64,000 bases of DNA, from assembly GCF_018350175.1 (NCBI RefSeq), contig NC_058368.1, positions 21,702,001 to 21,766,000 on the forward strand, in the 5' to 3' direction. Position 1 is the first letter of the stretch, and the number at the start of each line of letters is the position of its first letter. Shown here in pieces: positions 1 to 13,375 of the stretch. Source of the DNA: Felis catus. Lineage: Eukaryota. A program made the translations under genes and the position numbers. The notes under the pieces are model-generated. The model worked only from the letters and a program-made list of their open reading frames with translations. It did not search any database and had not been told where the DNA came from.

Positions 1-1010
1 AAACTGTGAAAGTCTCAGGAGAAAACACAGGTGTAGATATTCATAACCTCAGATTAAGCAATGTTTTCTTAGTATGACACTAAAAACACTGACAACTGAC
101 AAAAGAAAATATCTAATAGGACTTCATCAAAATTAAAATCTTTTGTGCTTCAAAATATACCAAGAAAGTAAAAAGGCAGCCCACAGATGGGGGAAAATCA
201 TATATCTGATAAGGGGTTTTTACCTAGAATTATAAAGAACTCAGTAGTAAAAAGACAATCCAAGTTTTAAATGGGCAAAGGCCTTGAATAGGAAAGTCTC
301 TAAAGAAATTATACAAATGGCCAATAAGCCCATGAAAAGATTCTCAACATTATTAGTCATCTGAGAAATACAGATCAAAAGAAAATGAGATATCACTTCA
401 TACCCTTTAGAATGGCTAAAACAAACAGAGAATAGCAGGTGTTGAGGACGGTATGTAGCAATTGGAAAACTCATACTCTTCTGGTAGGATTGTAAGGTAT
501 ATACTCAGGAGATATGAAAACATGTACACAGATGTTCTTGGTAGCATTATTTGTGATAGGCAAATGTAGAAACACCCCAGTGTCCCCATCAATTGATGAA
601 TGAATAAATAAAATGTGTAATATTCATACAATGGAGTACTATTCAGCAATAAAAAGAAGTGAAGTACTAATACATGCTACAACCTAGGTGAATCTAAAAA
701 CATTGTGCTACGAATCCAGACAAAAAAAGGCCAGCCACATACATGATTCCATTTATATGAAATATCAAGATAGTCAAGTCTATAGATACAGAAAATAGAT
801 TAGTGATTGCCAGGGGTTGTGGAGAAGTATAGAGAATGAATGATAAAGGGTATGTGGTTTCTTTTTATGGTGATGAAATTGTTCTAAAATTAGGTAATTA
901 GGGTGATGGTAGCACAACTCTACTAAAACCCACTAAATTTATACTTTAAAGGAGTGAATTTTATGGTATGTGAATTGTATCTGAATAAAACTGTTATTAA
1001 AAGAAAAAAG
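1..1010 (+). mobile_element. Old L1 (L1M-type) ORF2 3' end and 3' UTR fragment
   Basis: Decayed L1 motifs (ggacttcatcaaaattaaaa, atggagtactattcagcaataaaaag) ending in aataaa plus an A-rich tail. Confidence 0.85.
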
Positions 1011-2234
1011 GTAAAGTACACCTAATATTAGCACAAATTATATAATGAAAACATTTTCAGGATGGAAAATTATATGTAATAAGGGTAACGTGGAATTCTG
1101 GTATTTAGATTTTAAGTCATCGGGCTGGGTTTTGTTTTGTTTTGTTTTGAAAGGGCAATGTTGGTTCATAAACTATGAATCTTTGAGAAAAAAAATCACT
1201 TAGGAAATGTCATCTTTTTCTGGGAAATTCCTCTAATACCCTGAGGCAGAACTAGTTGGTGCTTCTAATGATCACACACAATGTAACCCATACTTAAAGG
1301 CTAAGAAAAGATTAAAAAACAAATTGCAGCCATCATTGCTTTAAAGTGGAGTATCTTTTAGTGAGATAAAATGTGTGTCTAGAATTCATGGTTCCTGTTC
1401 AAAGCTAAGTAGCCCTTTTCAGTCTTCAGTCCTCCTGGAAGGTGTTCTCAATATACAGGCAAGGGGCTGTTAATGGTATTCTACCATAAAAATTCAGTGT
1501 TCAGAAATAATAGGATTTAAAATTGAAAATACAGACCACAACCTGTAGAAAAGGGAAATACACATTGATGACTACCTACTCTGTGATTCAAACTGTGCTT
1601 TTGTTAACGTTTATCTCATTTAATTCTCAGAACCACTTTTTGAGGTAATTTAATATCCTACTTTTGAAAAGTGCTATTATCTACAGATAGGGTAAAAACA
1701 ATAGGTGAAGCAAGATCAGTGAGAGACATGATGAGCTCAGTTTTGAATATGTTAAGGGACTTGTGGGGTTTTCTTGAGAGTGATCCAGAGACACTCAGCT
1801 CAGGAGAGTTTTAAGCTGCTTACATTCCCAAGGTGTTGGTCTTGCAGAATATGCCCAAACCTGCTTATTTGCAAATCCAGCAGTTTATTTGAAGTATGCT
1901 GGCTAAAGGGAGCTGCAGTTGAGTGGATGATTCAAGTCTGGCATATGAAATTTGTGTGGCTACCTTTTCTTCTCAGAAACTAAACTTCCTTACACACCGT
2001 CTTCCTGCCCCCATTACATATTTTGTTTTTTTATGAGTAGCCCCATAAACATTTTTCTTTTTTAGTTGTGCACAGTAGCATCTTAAAATTTTTTTTAGTT
2101 GTGCACAGATTTTTTTTTTAATCATCTGGTGTGGATAATCTCTTGAATTTTATTTTTAACTAATTTTCTATTTTCTTGGCTTATTCTTGAATGAAGTCTT
2201 CAGATGTTAGTAGTACTATTTTAACAGTTTACCA

Positions 2235-3660
2235 ATCAAAAGCAATGGTTCATAAATCAAGAGTGTATAATACTGGCATAAGGATAGGCATGTAGATCAA
2301 TGGAATAGAACCGAGAGTCCAGAAATAAACTTTTACATATATAGTAAATTGATTTTCAAGGGTGCCCAAACAGGAAACAACAAAATGGGAATTCAACAGA
2401 AAAAAAAAATCTTTTCAACAAATGGTATTGGGACAACTGAACTGGATATCCTCATGCAAAGGAATGAAGTTGGACCTCTACCTTACACTATAAGATTAAC
2501 TCAAAATGTATATAAGACCTACATGTAAGAGTTAATTCTTAAAAAAAATGGAGGAAAAAAAAACTAGGTGCAAGTCTTTGTGATTTTGGATTAATTAGTA
2601 GTTTCTTAGCAACAACATCAAAAAAGCACAAACGATCACATAAATGGATAAATTGCACTTCATTAAAGTTAAACATCTGTGTTTCAGAAGACACTATCAA
2701 GACAGTAAAAAGAAACCCACAGGATGGAGGAAAGTATTTGCAAATCACATCAGATAGGGATAGAATATTTGAAGGACTCTTAAAACTCAATAATAAAAAG
2801 ACAACCCAATTCAAAAGTGGACAATGGACTTGAATAGACATTTCTCCAAAGAAGATATACAGTTGACTGATAAGCATGTGGGAAAATGCCAGCTGTCATT
2901 GGTCATAGGGAAATACAAATAAAAACCACAAGGAGTTGCCATTTCACAAAACCTACTAGGATGGCTAAATAATAAAAACAGATAATAAGAAGTGTCAGTA
3001 AGGATATAGTGAAATTGAAACCTCATCATTGTTGGTAGGATTATAAAAAGGTATAGCCACTTGGGAAAATAGTTTGGCATTCTCAGAAAGTTAAACTTTT
3101 AGTTACCATATGATCCATTAATTCCATTCCAAGTTATGTATCCAAAAGAAATAAAAGCGTATGTCCCCATAAAAACTTATTCATAGCAGCATTATTCATA
3201 GTAGTCAAAAAATGGAAGCGATCCAAATGTCTGTCAGCTGATGAATAAATAAATAATATGTGGCATATCTTTATAATGGAATATTATTCAACAATAAAAA
3301 GGAATGCAATACTGTTAAAAGCTAACAACATGGATAAATAGGAGAAATTAGTCACAGAAGACACATACTGTAGGATTCCATTTATATGACTGTTCAGAAG
3401 ATGCAAATCTATGGAGTCAGCATATATTAATCATTGTGTAGCATTGGGATGGGAGGGTGGGCAGAAGCTGGGGCGGGGATGAGGGATGACTACTAAAGGA
3501 TACAGGGTTTCTTTTTGTAGTAATGAAAATAACTCCAATTGATTTTGGAAATGTTTACACAACCCTGAATGTCCTAAAAACTATTGTATACTTCAAATGG
3601 GTGAAATGTATGGTGTGTAAATTATATCTCAAAGCTGTTATGATACCAAAAAAAAAAAAA
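2235..3660 (+). mobile_element. Old L1 3' fragment with poly-A tail
   Basis: gatcaatggaatagaaccgagagtccagaaataaac, ttcaacaaatggtattgggacaactg; ends in an A-run near 3648-3661. Confidence 0.88.
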
Positions 3661-3879
3661 AGTAATTGTTCCAATGTGATATATTATATTGACTAATTGC
3701 AATGTACACTATATACAGGTAGACAAAACAGTATACGGTATTATTTTAAATACTAGGCATAAATATTTACCTGTATTTAAAGATTAACTAAATGTAATCT
3801 GATAACCTTACTGAAAAGTTATACATTATTGCATGTTTCAGATTCATCAGGAAACAAATCCAGATGATCCAGTTATTAA

Positions 3880-4500
3880 TAGGTAGTTGGTAATTGAAGC
3901 CACGGAAATATATGTGATATCCTAGGTAGAGTGAGTACATGAATAGGCTTATAGGGCTGTAGACAGAACATAGGGAAGAACAACAAACATGGATAAATGG
4001 AGGAAGAAGACTGTAGAGGATGGTATGCAAGTTAAGGGGGTGACAATGAATGGCTAACAGTGTTTTCCTGCAGAGATGCCACATAAGGATTGTGTTCCAT
4101 GAATCATCTTGGCAATAGCAGTGCCAATGGAACTTTGGTTGGGAGCAGGCTAAGTGAACGGAAGTGAAGACAGTATAGACCACTCTTTCAAGAATTTGGC
4201 TCTAAGGAGTAGAAGAAGATGTAGGGTGAGGAAAGGCTTAAAAAAAGATGAAAGAGATGTGAGGTTACTCATGATGATGGGAAATAGAGGTTGCACCATG
4301 GGAGAGAGGAAATAATTGATGAAGTAAGACCCCTAAGATGAGAGCAAAGACAGACACCTCTTGCTGTGTCATTTGTGTTAGGATGAAAGAAGAGAATGTT
4401 GGAGGATGCAGGTTATTGGGGATGGCATTGGAGAGGAGATTTGAGAGAATTGCTACTATCTGTTGATTACTGCCTTTTTAAAATAGGAGGTCTGGTCTTC
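3880..4500 (-). mobile_element. L2 LINE relic
   Basis: G/A-rich on the + strand with an L2-like motif (gtatagaccactctttcaagaatttggct); edges uncertain. Confidence 0.5.
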
Positions 4501-5429
4501 TGTTAAAAGAAAGGATATAGAGAAGGGGGTTTGAAAGCAGTAACCTTTGGTGCAAAATCTAGCTAGAGCACCCTGGAAAGATTTCCAGACAGCAAGCATA
4601 GAGATCTTAGACCTAGAATTGGTAATACCCATAATGCAGGGAGGTTGAGTTTGTTTTGTTTTGTTTTGTTTTTTTCTCTTACAGCACTTAGCAGCCCAGC
4701 TTTTAGAGTGAAAATTGAAGTGACCCAGGGTTAGCTTTTTGCCAGGGCAATAAAGTATAAAGTATGTAAGAAGGAAGCAAAAACCAGAGAGCGTTGATAA
4801 ATTGGGAGAAATTCAAGGAGTTAAGGGATTAAGGTAATCTTTGTGGATCTAGGTCAATCTGTTGAATGGCTAATTAATGGGAAATTGTTTAATGTCTTAA
4901 TTGGATCTAGGGAGAGTGTTGCTGCTAGAATCAGAGATTCCTCAAATTAGAGAACACTGTACATACTGTTTAAAATTTCATATTTTCATTTCATGTTAAA
5001 ATGTTGAGCATTTCATGGTTTTGAATGAAATGTAAAACATCCAAAATTTATCCTAATTGGACTGGCAGATCTGTGCTGGCTCTTGATGAAAGGATTGCTG
5101 CAGAGTCTTGAGTCATGGTGAAATTAAAATTTAGGAAAAAGGAAGAGCCTCAGTCTGCCCTGACCAGCCTCTTGAACTGGGTGGTTTGAAGGGTTGTTGA
5201 AGACACCAGGGATGCCGTCAAGACTCGGTTGGGGGAAGAAAATTGAGCCAGCTGCCAGAGTCTTAAGTGAATATAAAGGAGATGGTGACAGAAATGAGAA
5301 TGGACATGGGGGATATGTGATTAGATGGTATAAGCCTTTTCCACAACTGCGTGGAAGCATTCTTGAAGTGATATAGAGATAGATGAGACATTGGCCGTGA
5401 CACATGTGGAATAGGAAAGCATTATTAAT

Positions 5430-5675
5430 AATGATGGTGAAGATAGCTAACATGTACTAAGGGCTTTCTATGCCAGGCACTGACCCTGTCACAGTCAGCA
5501 TGAATTGGACTTATTTGTCTCAGTAACCCTTTAAGGCATTGTTATCTTCATTTTATGGATAAAGACGCTGAGATAGGCCAGTAACATTCCTAAAATATCA
5601 TAAAGTTTGCATGTGGGGAAGCCAGGATTCAAATGTAGATCGCTGACTCCTGAGCAGAGGTTTCTAACCACCACT
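5430..5675 (-). mobile_element. MIR SINE relic
   Basis: atagctaacatgtactaagggctttctatgccaggcactg ... cattttatggataaagacgctgag ... gccaggattcaaa core. Confidence 0.7.
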
Positions 5676-5865
5676 TGTGCCATCAGCAGTGCACTAATGT
5701 AATTTGCCTGATATATATGTATCCAGTGTACGTTGATGAATTCACATTATTTATAAGTAGCTTAGAGGAAAATCGTTCAGTAGAATTCTTTGATGCTTTC
5801 TCATTGGTGACAATTGAGTTGCTTGCTATATGTTTTATTTATTACCCTAGAGTTGTACCCTAAAA

Positions 5866-6040
5866 TTGTGGCTCCTAATAATGTAGTTCTTGAACCAGTA
5901 GCATCAACCTGGGATCTTGCTTGAAACAAATTCTTGGCCCTTACTCCAGACCTGCTGCTCAAATTCTGGGAATGGAGTCCAACAGTCTGTTTTAACAAGC
6001 TAGGTTAATTCTGACACCGGCTAAAGTTTGAGAACTACTA
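5866..6040. mobile_element. MER5A-like hAT-Charlie MITE
   Basis: ccagtagcatcaacctggg ... ccagacctgctg ... ctgttttaacaagc ... aaagtttgagaactact. Confidence 0.75.
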
Positions 6041-6397
6041 ACCTAACCCAGAGTAAAGTAAATACTTTAGATATTTAGATATTTTAGATAAATGAGAGTT
6101 TGAAGTAGACACTGGAGGTGGTATTGAGATTGTCCGTGTCTTTCGGATCATGTTCTTTGAATTGGAATCTGATGGGGAATATTTAGCATTAGTTTATACT
6201 TTGCGTGGCTGCAGTTTGGTATATTTATACTACTAGATGCAAGTGAGATGGGAGGCAAAATGTCAGTGGATCACTACTATTGACCACTCAAAATGGTACA
6301 CATCAGCAGCATTATTTTCTTTCCTTCAAACATTTAAAAATTATGTGATATTCGATATACAAAAATAGATAATGTACTTACAAATTTTGAAGCAATA

Positions 6398-6588
6398 GGG
6401 GTTCCTGGATGGCTCAGTCAGTTGAGTGACTGACTTTGGCTCAGGTCATGATCTCGTGGTTTGTGAGTTTGAGCCTGTCAGGCTCTGTGCTGACAGCTTT
6501 GGATTCTATGTCTCCCTCTCTCTCTGCCCTTCCTCTGCTCATGCCGTCTCTGTCTCTCTCTCTCTCAAAATAAATATTTAAAAAAAAT
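6398..6588 (+). mobile_element. CAN-SINE
   Basis: ggggttcctggatggctcagtcagttgag head, CT-rich region, A tail. Confidence 0.9.
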
Positions 6589-6641
6589 TTTTTTAACATT
6601 TATTTGTTTTTGAGACAAAGACAGAGCATGAACAGGGGAGG

Positions 6642-6679
<38 letters not shown>

Positions 6680-6807
6680 ATCTGAAGCAGACTCCAGGCT
6701 CTGAGCTGTCAGCACAGAGCCCAACATGGGGCTCGAACTCACGGACTGTGAGATCATGACCTGAGCCGAAGTCAGTCGCTTAACCGACTGAGCCACCCAG
6801 GCGCCCC
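6589..6807 (-). mobile_element. CAN-SINE, tail-to-tail with the previous copy
   Basis: T tail, (GA)n, ends ...ctgagccacccaggcgcccc. Confidence 0.92.
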
Positions 6808-6909
6808 TAATGTTTGGCCATCTTAAGGGTAGGATGGTATCTCATTGTGATCTAAGTTTGCATTTTGACTAATAAGGTTGACTATCCTTTTTTTTTTTTA
6901 ATATAATTC

Positions 6910-7101
6910 TTTTTTTTTTAAACATTTATTTATTTTTGAGAAAAACAGAGCACATGAGCAGAGGAGGGACAGATAGAGAAGGAGACAGAGAATCTCAAGT
7001 AGGGTCCATGCCGTTAGCGCAGAGACTGATGGGGGCTCAACCTGAGATCATGACCTGAGTTGAAATCAAGCGTTGGACACTCGACTGAATGAGCCACCCA
7101 G
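6910..7101 (-). mobile_element. CAN-SINE (older)
   Basis: T tail, gagatcatgacctgag, gagccaccca. Confidence 0.8.
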
Positions 7102-7315
7102 AATATGAATACTTTATATATTCTTGGTAATCATTTTTCACTGTTCATGTTTCAGATATCCTTCTAGTTTGGCTTGTCTTTTTACGTTCTATGTGGCTTC
7201 TTTCAAAAAAAACAAATTCAATTTTTAACAGAGTTGTTCTTTTGGTTTTAGCATTTCTTGTGTTCTCCGTAAGAAATTTTTCTCCACTCAGATTTCTTTA
7301 AAAATTAGAGGTGTT

Positions 7316-7536
7316 GGGGCGCCTGGGTGGCGCAGTCGGTTAAGCGTCCGACTTCAGCCAGGTCACGATCTCGCGGTCCGTGAGTTTGAGCCCCGCGTCA
7401 GGCTCTGGGCTGATGGCTCAGAGCCAGGAGCCTGTTTCCGATTCTGTGTCTCCCTCTCTCTCTGCCCCTCCCCCGTTCATGCTCTGTCTCTCTCTGTCCC
7501 AAAAATAAATAAAAACGTTGAAAAAAAATTTTTTTT
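7316..7536 (+). mobile_element. Young feline SINEC_Fc-type element with 16-bp TSD
   Basis: CpG-intact head ggggcgcctgggtggcgcagtcggttaagcgtccg; TSD aaaaattagaggtgtt at 7300-7315 and 7537-7552. Confidence 0.95.
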
Positions 7537-8349
7537 AAAAATTAGAGGTGTTGCTTTTATAAGAATTGAAACAATCTGGAATTGATTTTGATACAGTTGG
7601 TATCCAGTGTCATTTTCCCCCCAAAGGGATAATTATTTGGCTCAGAACCATTTACTGGATAGTATGTTTTTCCGGGTGGCCTGCAGTGCCATCTCTATCA
7701 TATCAAATTCCTGTATATATTTGGGTTTACTGGGGGCTCTTTCTTTTTTTAAGTTTATTTATTTAGGGAGAGAGCACGGGGTGTGGGAGACAGAGAGAGG
7801 GAGAGAGGGCAGAACCCAATGTGGGGCTCGAACCCATGATCCATGAGATTACGACCTGAGCCAAAACCAAGAGTCAGATGCTTAACTGACATGAGCCACC
7901 CAGGAGCCCTGCTGTTTTTGAAATTACAACTAAACATGATTAATACTAGTAATTTACCATTAAAGATCCAGTCAATGTTAAAATTTCCCCAGTTAACTTT
8001 TATGTGTAACATATGCATGTGCATGTGTGTATAAAACACATTAGAGTTTATTTGGATTAGTATCCAGATAAGGTCCATTTATTGTGATTGGTTGGTATGT
8101 CTCTTAAATCTTTTAATCTGTAGGCTCCTACTGTATTTCCCAAACCACTCCTCCATCTTTTTTGACTTGTTACCTGTTGTTAGAGAAATGGGGTTATTCT
8201 GTATTTGGCTGGTTGCATCCCAATAGTGTGTAGTGTCTTTCTGTTCTCTGTGTTTCCTGTAAATTGGTTGTTAGATATAGAGATTTAATATGGCTTTTTG
8301 TTTGTTCATTTGCTAAGACTGATTTATAGATAGTATCATATACTTTAAA

Positions 8350-9860
8350 AAAACATTTTATTGAGATACAATTCACATGCATATTCATGTGTTGTACAGT
8401 TCACTCGTTTAAAGTGTACTCAGTGGTTTTTAGCGTATTCATAGTCGCACAACTATAACCACAGTCAATTTTATCTATTTATTCATAAAGTTTTTTTTTT
8501 TTAATTTTTAAGTAATCTCTACACCCAGCATGGGGCTCGAACACACAACCCAGAGATCTAGAGTCACACCCTCCACTGACTGAACCAGCCAGGCACACCA
8601 TCCACACTTAATTTTAGAATATTTTTGGGGACCCTGGGTGGCTTAGTCAGTTATGCATCTGACTGACTTCCCCTCAGGTCATGATGTCGTAGTGTGGGAG
8701 TTCGAGCCCTACATCAGTCTCTCTGTTGTCAGCACAGAGCCCACTTGGGATCCTCTGTCTCCTTTTCTTTTTCTGTCTGCCCCGCCCCCACTCTCTTTCT
8801 CTCAAAAATAAACATTGTAGAAAAAAGAATACTTTCATCACCACAAAAATAAATGTTAGGCCCTTTAGTAGTCACTTCCCATTTCTGTATCCTCCCCAAA
8901 CAACCCCCTTCCCCAGATGTAAGCAACAATGAATCTGCTTTCTGTCTCCACAGATGTGCCTATTCAAGACATTCATATAAGTCAAACCATATAATACATG
9001 TCCGTGGTCTTTTGTGACTGGCTTCTTTCACTTAGCATGATGTTTTCAAGTTATGTTGAAATGTTATTACTACATGTCAGTATTTCCTTCCTTTTTATTG
9101 CTGAATGGTATTCCATTGTATGGATATACCACATTGTATTTATCCATTCATCGGTTGAACGTTTAGGTTGTTTACACTTTTTGGCTATTGTGGATACGTT
9201 GCATCGAACATTCGTGTACAAGTTTTTCTGCAGACATATATTTTCATATCTCTTGGGTATTTACCTAGGAGTAGAATTGCTGGATCAAATGGTAGTATGA
9301 TGTTTAACCTTTTGAGGAGCTGACAAACTTTTCCAGAGTGGCTATGACGTTTTACAGTCTCTCCAGCAGTGTGTGAGGGTTCCAATTTCTGGGCATCCTC
9401 ACCAGTACTTATTTGTCCTTTTAAAATTTTATCCAACCTAGTGAGTGTTTCACTGTAGTTTTTCATTTTTAGAGAGCAAGCAAACATGTGAGCAAGGGAG
9501 TGAGGGAAGAGGGAGAGAGAGAGAATCTTAAGCAGGTTCCATGCTCAGCGCGGAGCCCGAAGCAGGGCTCGATCTTACAACCCTGAAATTAGGACCTGAG
9601 CCAAAATCAAGAGTGGGATGCTCAACCAACTGAGCCACCCAAGCACCCCTTCATTGTAGTTTTGATTTGCATTTCCTTGATGGATGATTATGTTGAGCAT
9701 CTTTTCATGTGCTTATTATTAACCATTTGTTTATCATTTTTGGAGAACTGTATTCAGATGCTTTGCCCATTTTTAAAATTTTATTGTCTTATTGAATTGA
9801 AAGGGTCAATAAAAATCCCTTATCAGATAATATGATTTTTACAAATCCTTTCTCCCAGGA
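8350..9860 (-). mobile_element. Old L1 3' fragment interrupted by CAN-SINEs (about 8492-8598 -, 8626-8828 +, 9460-9649 -)
   Basis: ttttattgagatacaattcaca ... ctggcttctttcacttagcatgatg ... gttgagcatcttttcatgtgctta. Confidence 0.85.
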
Positions 9861-10576
9861 GATGGCTCTTTGGTTTCTTGGGTATTATATATTTCTATTA
9901 GATAATACATAATGTCATGTTACCTCTTGTTATGATATTAGCAAGCTTGATAATCATTGCCTGGATCCATTAATGTATTAACTCTTGTAAAGTGGTAGTA
10001 TTTGAATTCTATTATTCCTTCTTTATTAGAATTTGGGTTTGAGGTTAATGTTCTTTCGGCACATGAAGATATCATTTTACTGCCTGTGGTTTCCATTGCT
10101 TTTCAGAAGCCAGCTTTATCTTATATTCCTTGAAACATGGATACCCAGTTGGTGGCTGTCTAAAGGAGTATCAGCACAATAACCTTTAGGCTTTGTTTTG
10201 GTTTTGCTTTTTGGGCTTTTTGTTTGATTGTTTTTGTTCCAGAGCTATAGTTTTCTAGTTTTCTAGCTCTATCACCTCTTGAGAAGGCAATTTTGTATCC
10301 TTATACAGTCTCCTACCTCCTTCTCCTCAAGTAAAATATACATTTGTTTCCATTGGTATGCATAGAAAAACAGTTTGTAGCCCAGGGAACAATACATAAA
10401 TATCCATATTATAGAGGATTAAAAAAAAACAGGTTTATTGAGGCATTGTTTATATATCATCAATTCACTTGTTAGTGTAAAGTTTGATAAAAAATTTTTA
10501 CAGTTGTGCAACCATCTCCTCAGTCCAGTTGTAAAACACTTCCATCACTGCAAATCCTGCCCTTTTCTGAAATCAT

Positions 10577-11155
10577 TGATGTGGAAATGCTTGGGTTCAA
10601 AGCAAATGGTCAAGGAAGAATTCTTGAGACATCTTCAGTGCAAAAAGGTGGTTTTATTAAAGCATAGAGACAAGACCCATGGGCAGAAAGAGCTGCACTG
10701 GGGTTGTGAGGGGTGACTGATTATATACTTTCAAGTTGGGAGGGGGGTTGACATAGCGTTAAGTTTCTAAGGAATTGGGAAGCAAGGTTTCCAGGACCTT
10801 GAAGGGGCTAGCTATTGTTAGAAAAAGGTCATTTATTACTGTTTAGTAAAAACTCAGGAATGAGACCCTTCAGATATGTATTAGTGGGCCATGTACTTGG
10901 AGGATGATTGCTAATGCATATTCGGGAGTAGAGGAAGTTTCCAAAGGAATTTTTACATGTTAAAGTAGACTTGCAGGATCCTGGAGCTGGGGATAATGTT
11001 AAGCTAAGATTGCCTTTTGCCCCTTAGTAAAGTATTAACACTGAGGCAGTTGAGTTCCTAGAGGAATGTTACTTTGCCTATTTCAAAGACTTGTCATTGG
11101 GCTGTAAGTAGCAAGGAAATTAGATTTTTTTCTTTTGCTTTTGTTTCTCACATCA
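10577..11155 (-). mobile_element. Solo ERV LTR (carnivore type), about 580 bp
   Basis: Inverted termini TGATGTG...CACATCA; flanks atcat/attat (TSD with one mismatch); poly-A signal on the minus strand (tttatt near 10653). Confidence 0.8.
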
Positions 11156-12808
11156 ATTATTTATTTACTATTGTAGATTCTTAACCTGGGGTTGACTTAG
11201 GTTCTCTTTTTTTTTTACTTAAGATTTTATTTTTAAGTAATCTCCACAACTCAATATGGGACTCGAACTCACAACCCCAAGGTCAAGAGCTACATGCTCC
11301 ACTAAATGAGGTAGCCAGGCACCCCAACATAGACTTTTCATGGCCCTAGAACCACTTGAAATTGCATGTCAACAATACAACGCAGGGCCTGTGTTTTGAC
11401 AAAGCAAAATTTTTTAGTAAAGTGACAATTATGCAAATACAGTCAAAACCAAAACCATTGAGTGTTTTTTATTAAAGTGATTCTGAAATTGTTCCTATGA
11501 CTGAGAAGCTTTATGAAGGAAAAATATGGGATATGCTGTTTAAAAAATAAAAATTAAAAACTGTGTACTTTATAATTTCATTATAAAATTACAGACCTGT
11601 AAAATGTAACCATTTCTATAAGGGCTCACCTGTAGCAAATAAAATCAATAGAGAATTTTTTTTTTTTTAAGTCAGTTTTCAGTCTGTTGTGTTTTAAAGA
11701 TAGTCTGTTTTTCTCTGGCTGTTTTCAGGATTTCTTTGTTTTTCTTTTTTTTTTTTTTTTCTGTTTTGAGGATTTCTTTACTTTCTGTTTTTCCCTTTTG
11801 TGTCCTGCAGTTCTACTGTGATTTCTTTTTATTTTTCTGCTTACAGTTTGTTTGGCTTCTTAAATGCGTGGTTCGATGTTTTTCATCAATTCTGGAAGGT
11901 TCTCAACCAGTATCGCTTCAGATACTGCTTCTGCACAATGCCTCTTATCTTTGTGGAACCCAAATAAACGTTGTTTTGTAACTTCTTCTATATTCTCTGT
12001 GTTGCTTACGCTTTTCTTCTGTAATTATAAAATTTGTGCGTCTTACATTTCATAATTGATCATTTTTTTTGGCTTGCCTTACAGCTCACTGTATCTGTGT
12101 TAAACTGTATCAACTCTACTCTAAAACCCATTTGTGGATATCTGAATTTTGGTTATCATACTGTATTTCAACAATTATTATTCATATCTCAAACTTCTGT
12201 ATTTTTTTTCAAATCTGCTCATTTCTGATAATTTCTTCTTGCTTGCTGATAATTTTCATTGCATTTTTCCTTTCCTTGAATATTTGTTGAAGTTATTTTA
12301 TATTTCATACATTAATTCTAGTATTCTAAATCCAAGGAAGGTGGGCCTTTGTTTTTAACTGTTGTCATTGACTCTAGTTCTGACTCTCTTTAAAGTGATT
12401 TATTTCCTTATATATTTGATGGCGTTTACTTAATCCTGAGAACCTGATGGAACTGCTTTTCAACAGAGAAGGTTTGCATCTGTTGATAAACAATTCATTT
12501 TGGCCATCTTGAGCGTTCTGGCTAAATAAATTTAGTTTTCTAACCCTGCATCAGAGTCTGCACTTAGTTTCAGTTCCTAGTGTGAAATAGATTATTAGCC
12601 TCATACTTTGCCTTTCACACATTTACCTTTGATGACTTGACTTCCCCCATAGGTTTAACTTCACTGGCTCCTCTATCCCCTTACTTACGTGAGTTACTTA
12701 CGTGAGTCTAACAATGCATTAAAAAAGTATTTTTTTCTGCTATAGCTGGGGTCCGGTTTAATGAAACAGATGACCTCTCAAAAGCACAGGGTGTTCCAGA
12801 AGTGACAT

Positions 12809-13020
12809 ATTTTTTTTTTAAGTTTATTTATTTATTGTAAGAAAAACAGACAGTGCGAGTGGGGGAGGGGCAGGGAGAGGGGGAGGCACAGAATTCCAAG
12901 CTGGCTCCACCGTGTCAGTGTGGAGCCCAACCTGGGGCTCAAACTCACAAAACGGTGAGATCATGACCTGAGCCGAAACCAAGAGTTGGACGCTTAACCA
13001 ACTGAGCCACCCAGGCACCC
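12809..13020 (-). mobile_element. CAN-SINE
   Basis: Full antisense SINE; flanks tgacatatttt / tgacgtatttt resemble a TSD. Confidence 0.9.
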
Positions 13021-13092
13021 TGACGTATTTTGTTACTAAGAAAGATGTATGCTATTTAAAATAAATACAGTTACCACATTTCTCTCATTTCG

Positions 13093-13118
13093 CCCTCCCT
13101 CTCCCTCCCTCCCTCCCT

Positions 13119-13169
<51 letters not shown>

Positions 13170-13178
13170 ACACACACC
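13093..13178 (+). repeat. (CCCT)n(CT)n(CA)n compound microsatellite
   Basis: Directly visible. Confidence 0.9.
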
Positions 13179-13340
13179 TGACCCTAACAGTAACGCCTTT
13201 AAAAGTATGAGTATCCAGTCAGTGTTTAAATTTCCAATTATCTCAAATGTTACATATTTTTGAACAGTTTGGATTAGCATCCAGATAAAGGTCTGTAACC
13301 TTACTGTGATTAAGTTTGAAGTCTTTTTTTAATTTCACTA

Positions 13341-13375
<35 letters not shown>

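Noticed and set aside
2058..2108. 18-bp direct repeat ttttttagttgtgcacag, and similar short duplications near 12682, 17686, 21207 and 63729
   Set aside because: Two-copy slippage duplications, not arrays. No CRISPR-like or functional pattern.
5124..5453. 109-aa minus ORF and overlapping 60-aa plus ORF
   Set aside because: No recognisable domain or splice context; it overlaps MIR and probable L2 decay.
7316..7400. tRNA gene (A and B boxes)
   Set aside because: This is the tRNA-derived head of a CAN-SINE, followed by a CT tract, A tail and TSD. The same holds for all copies.
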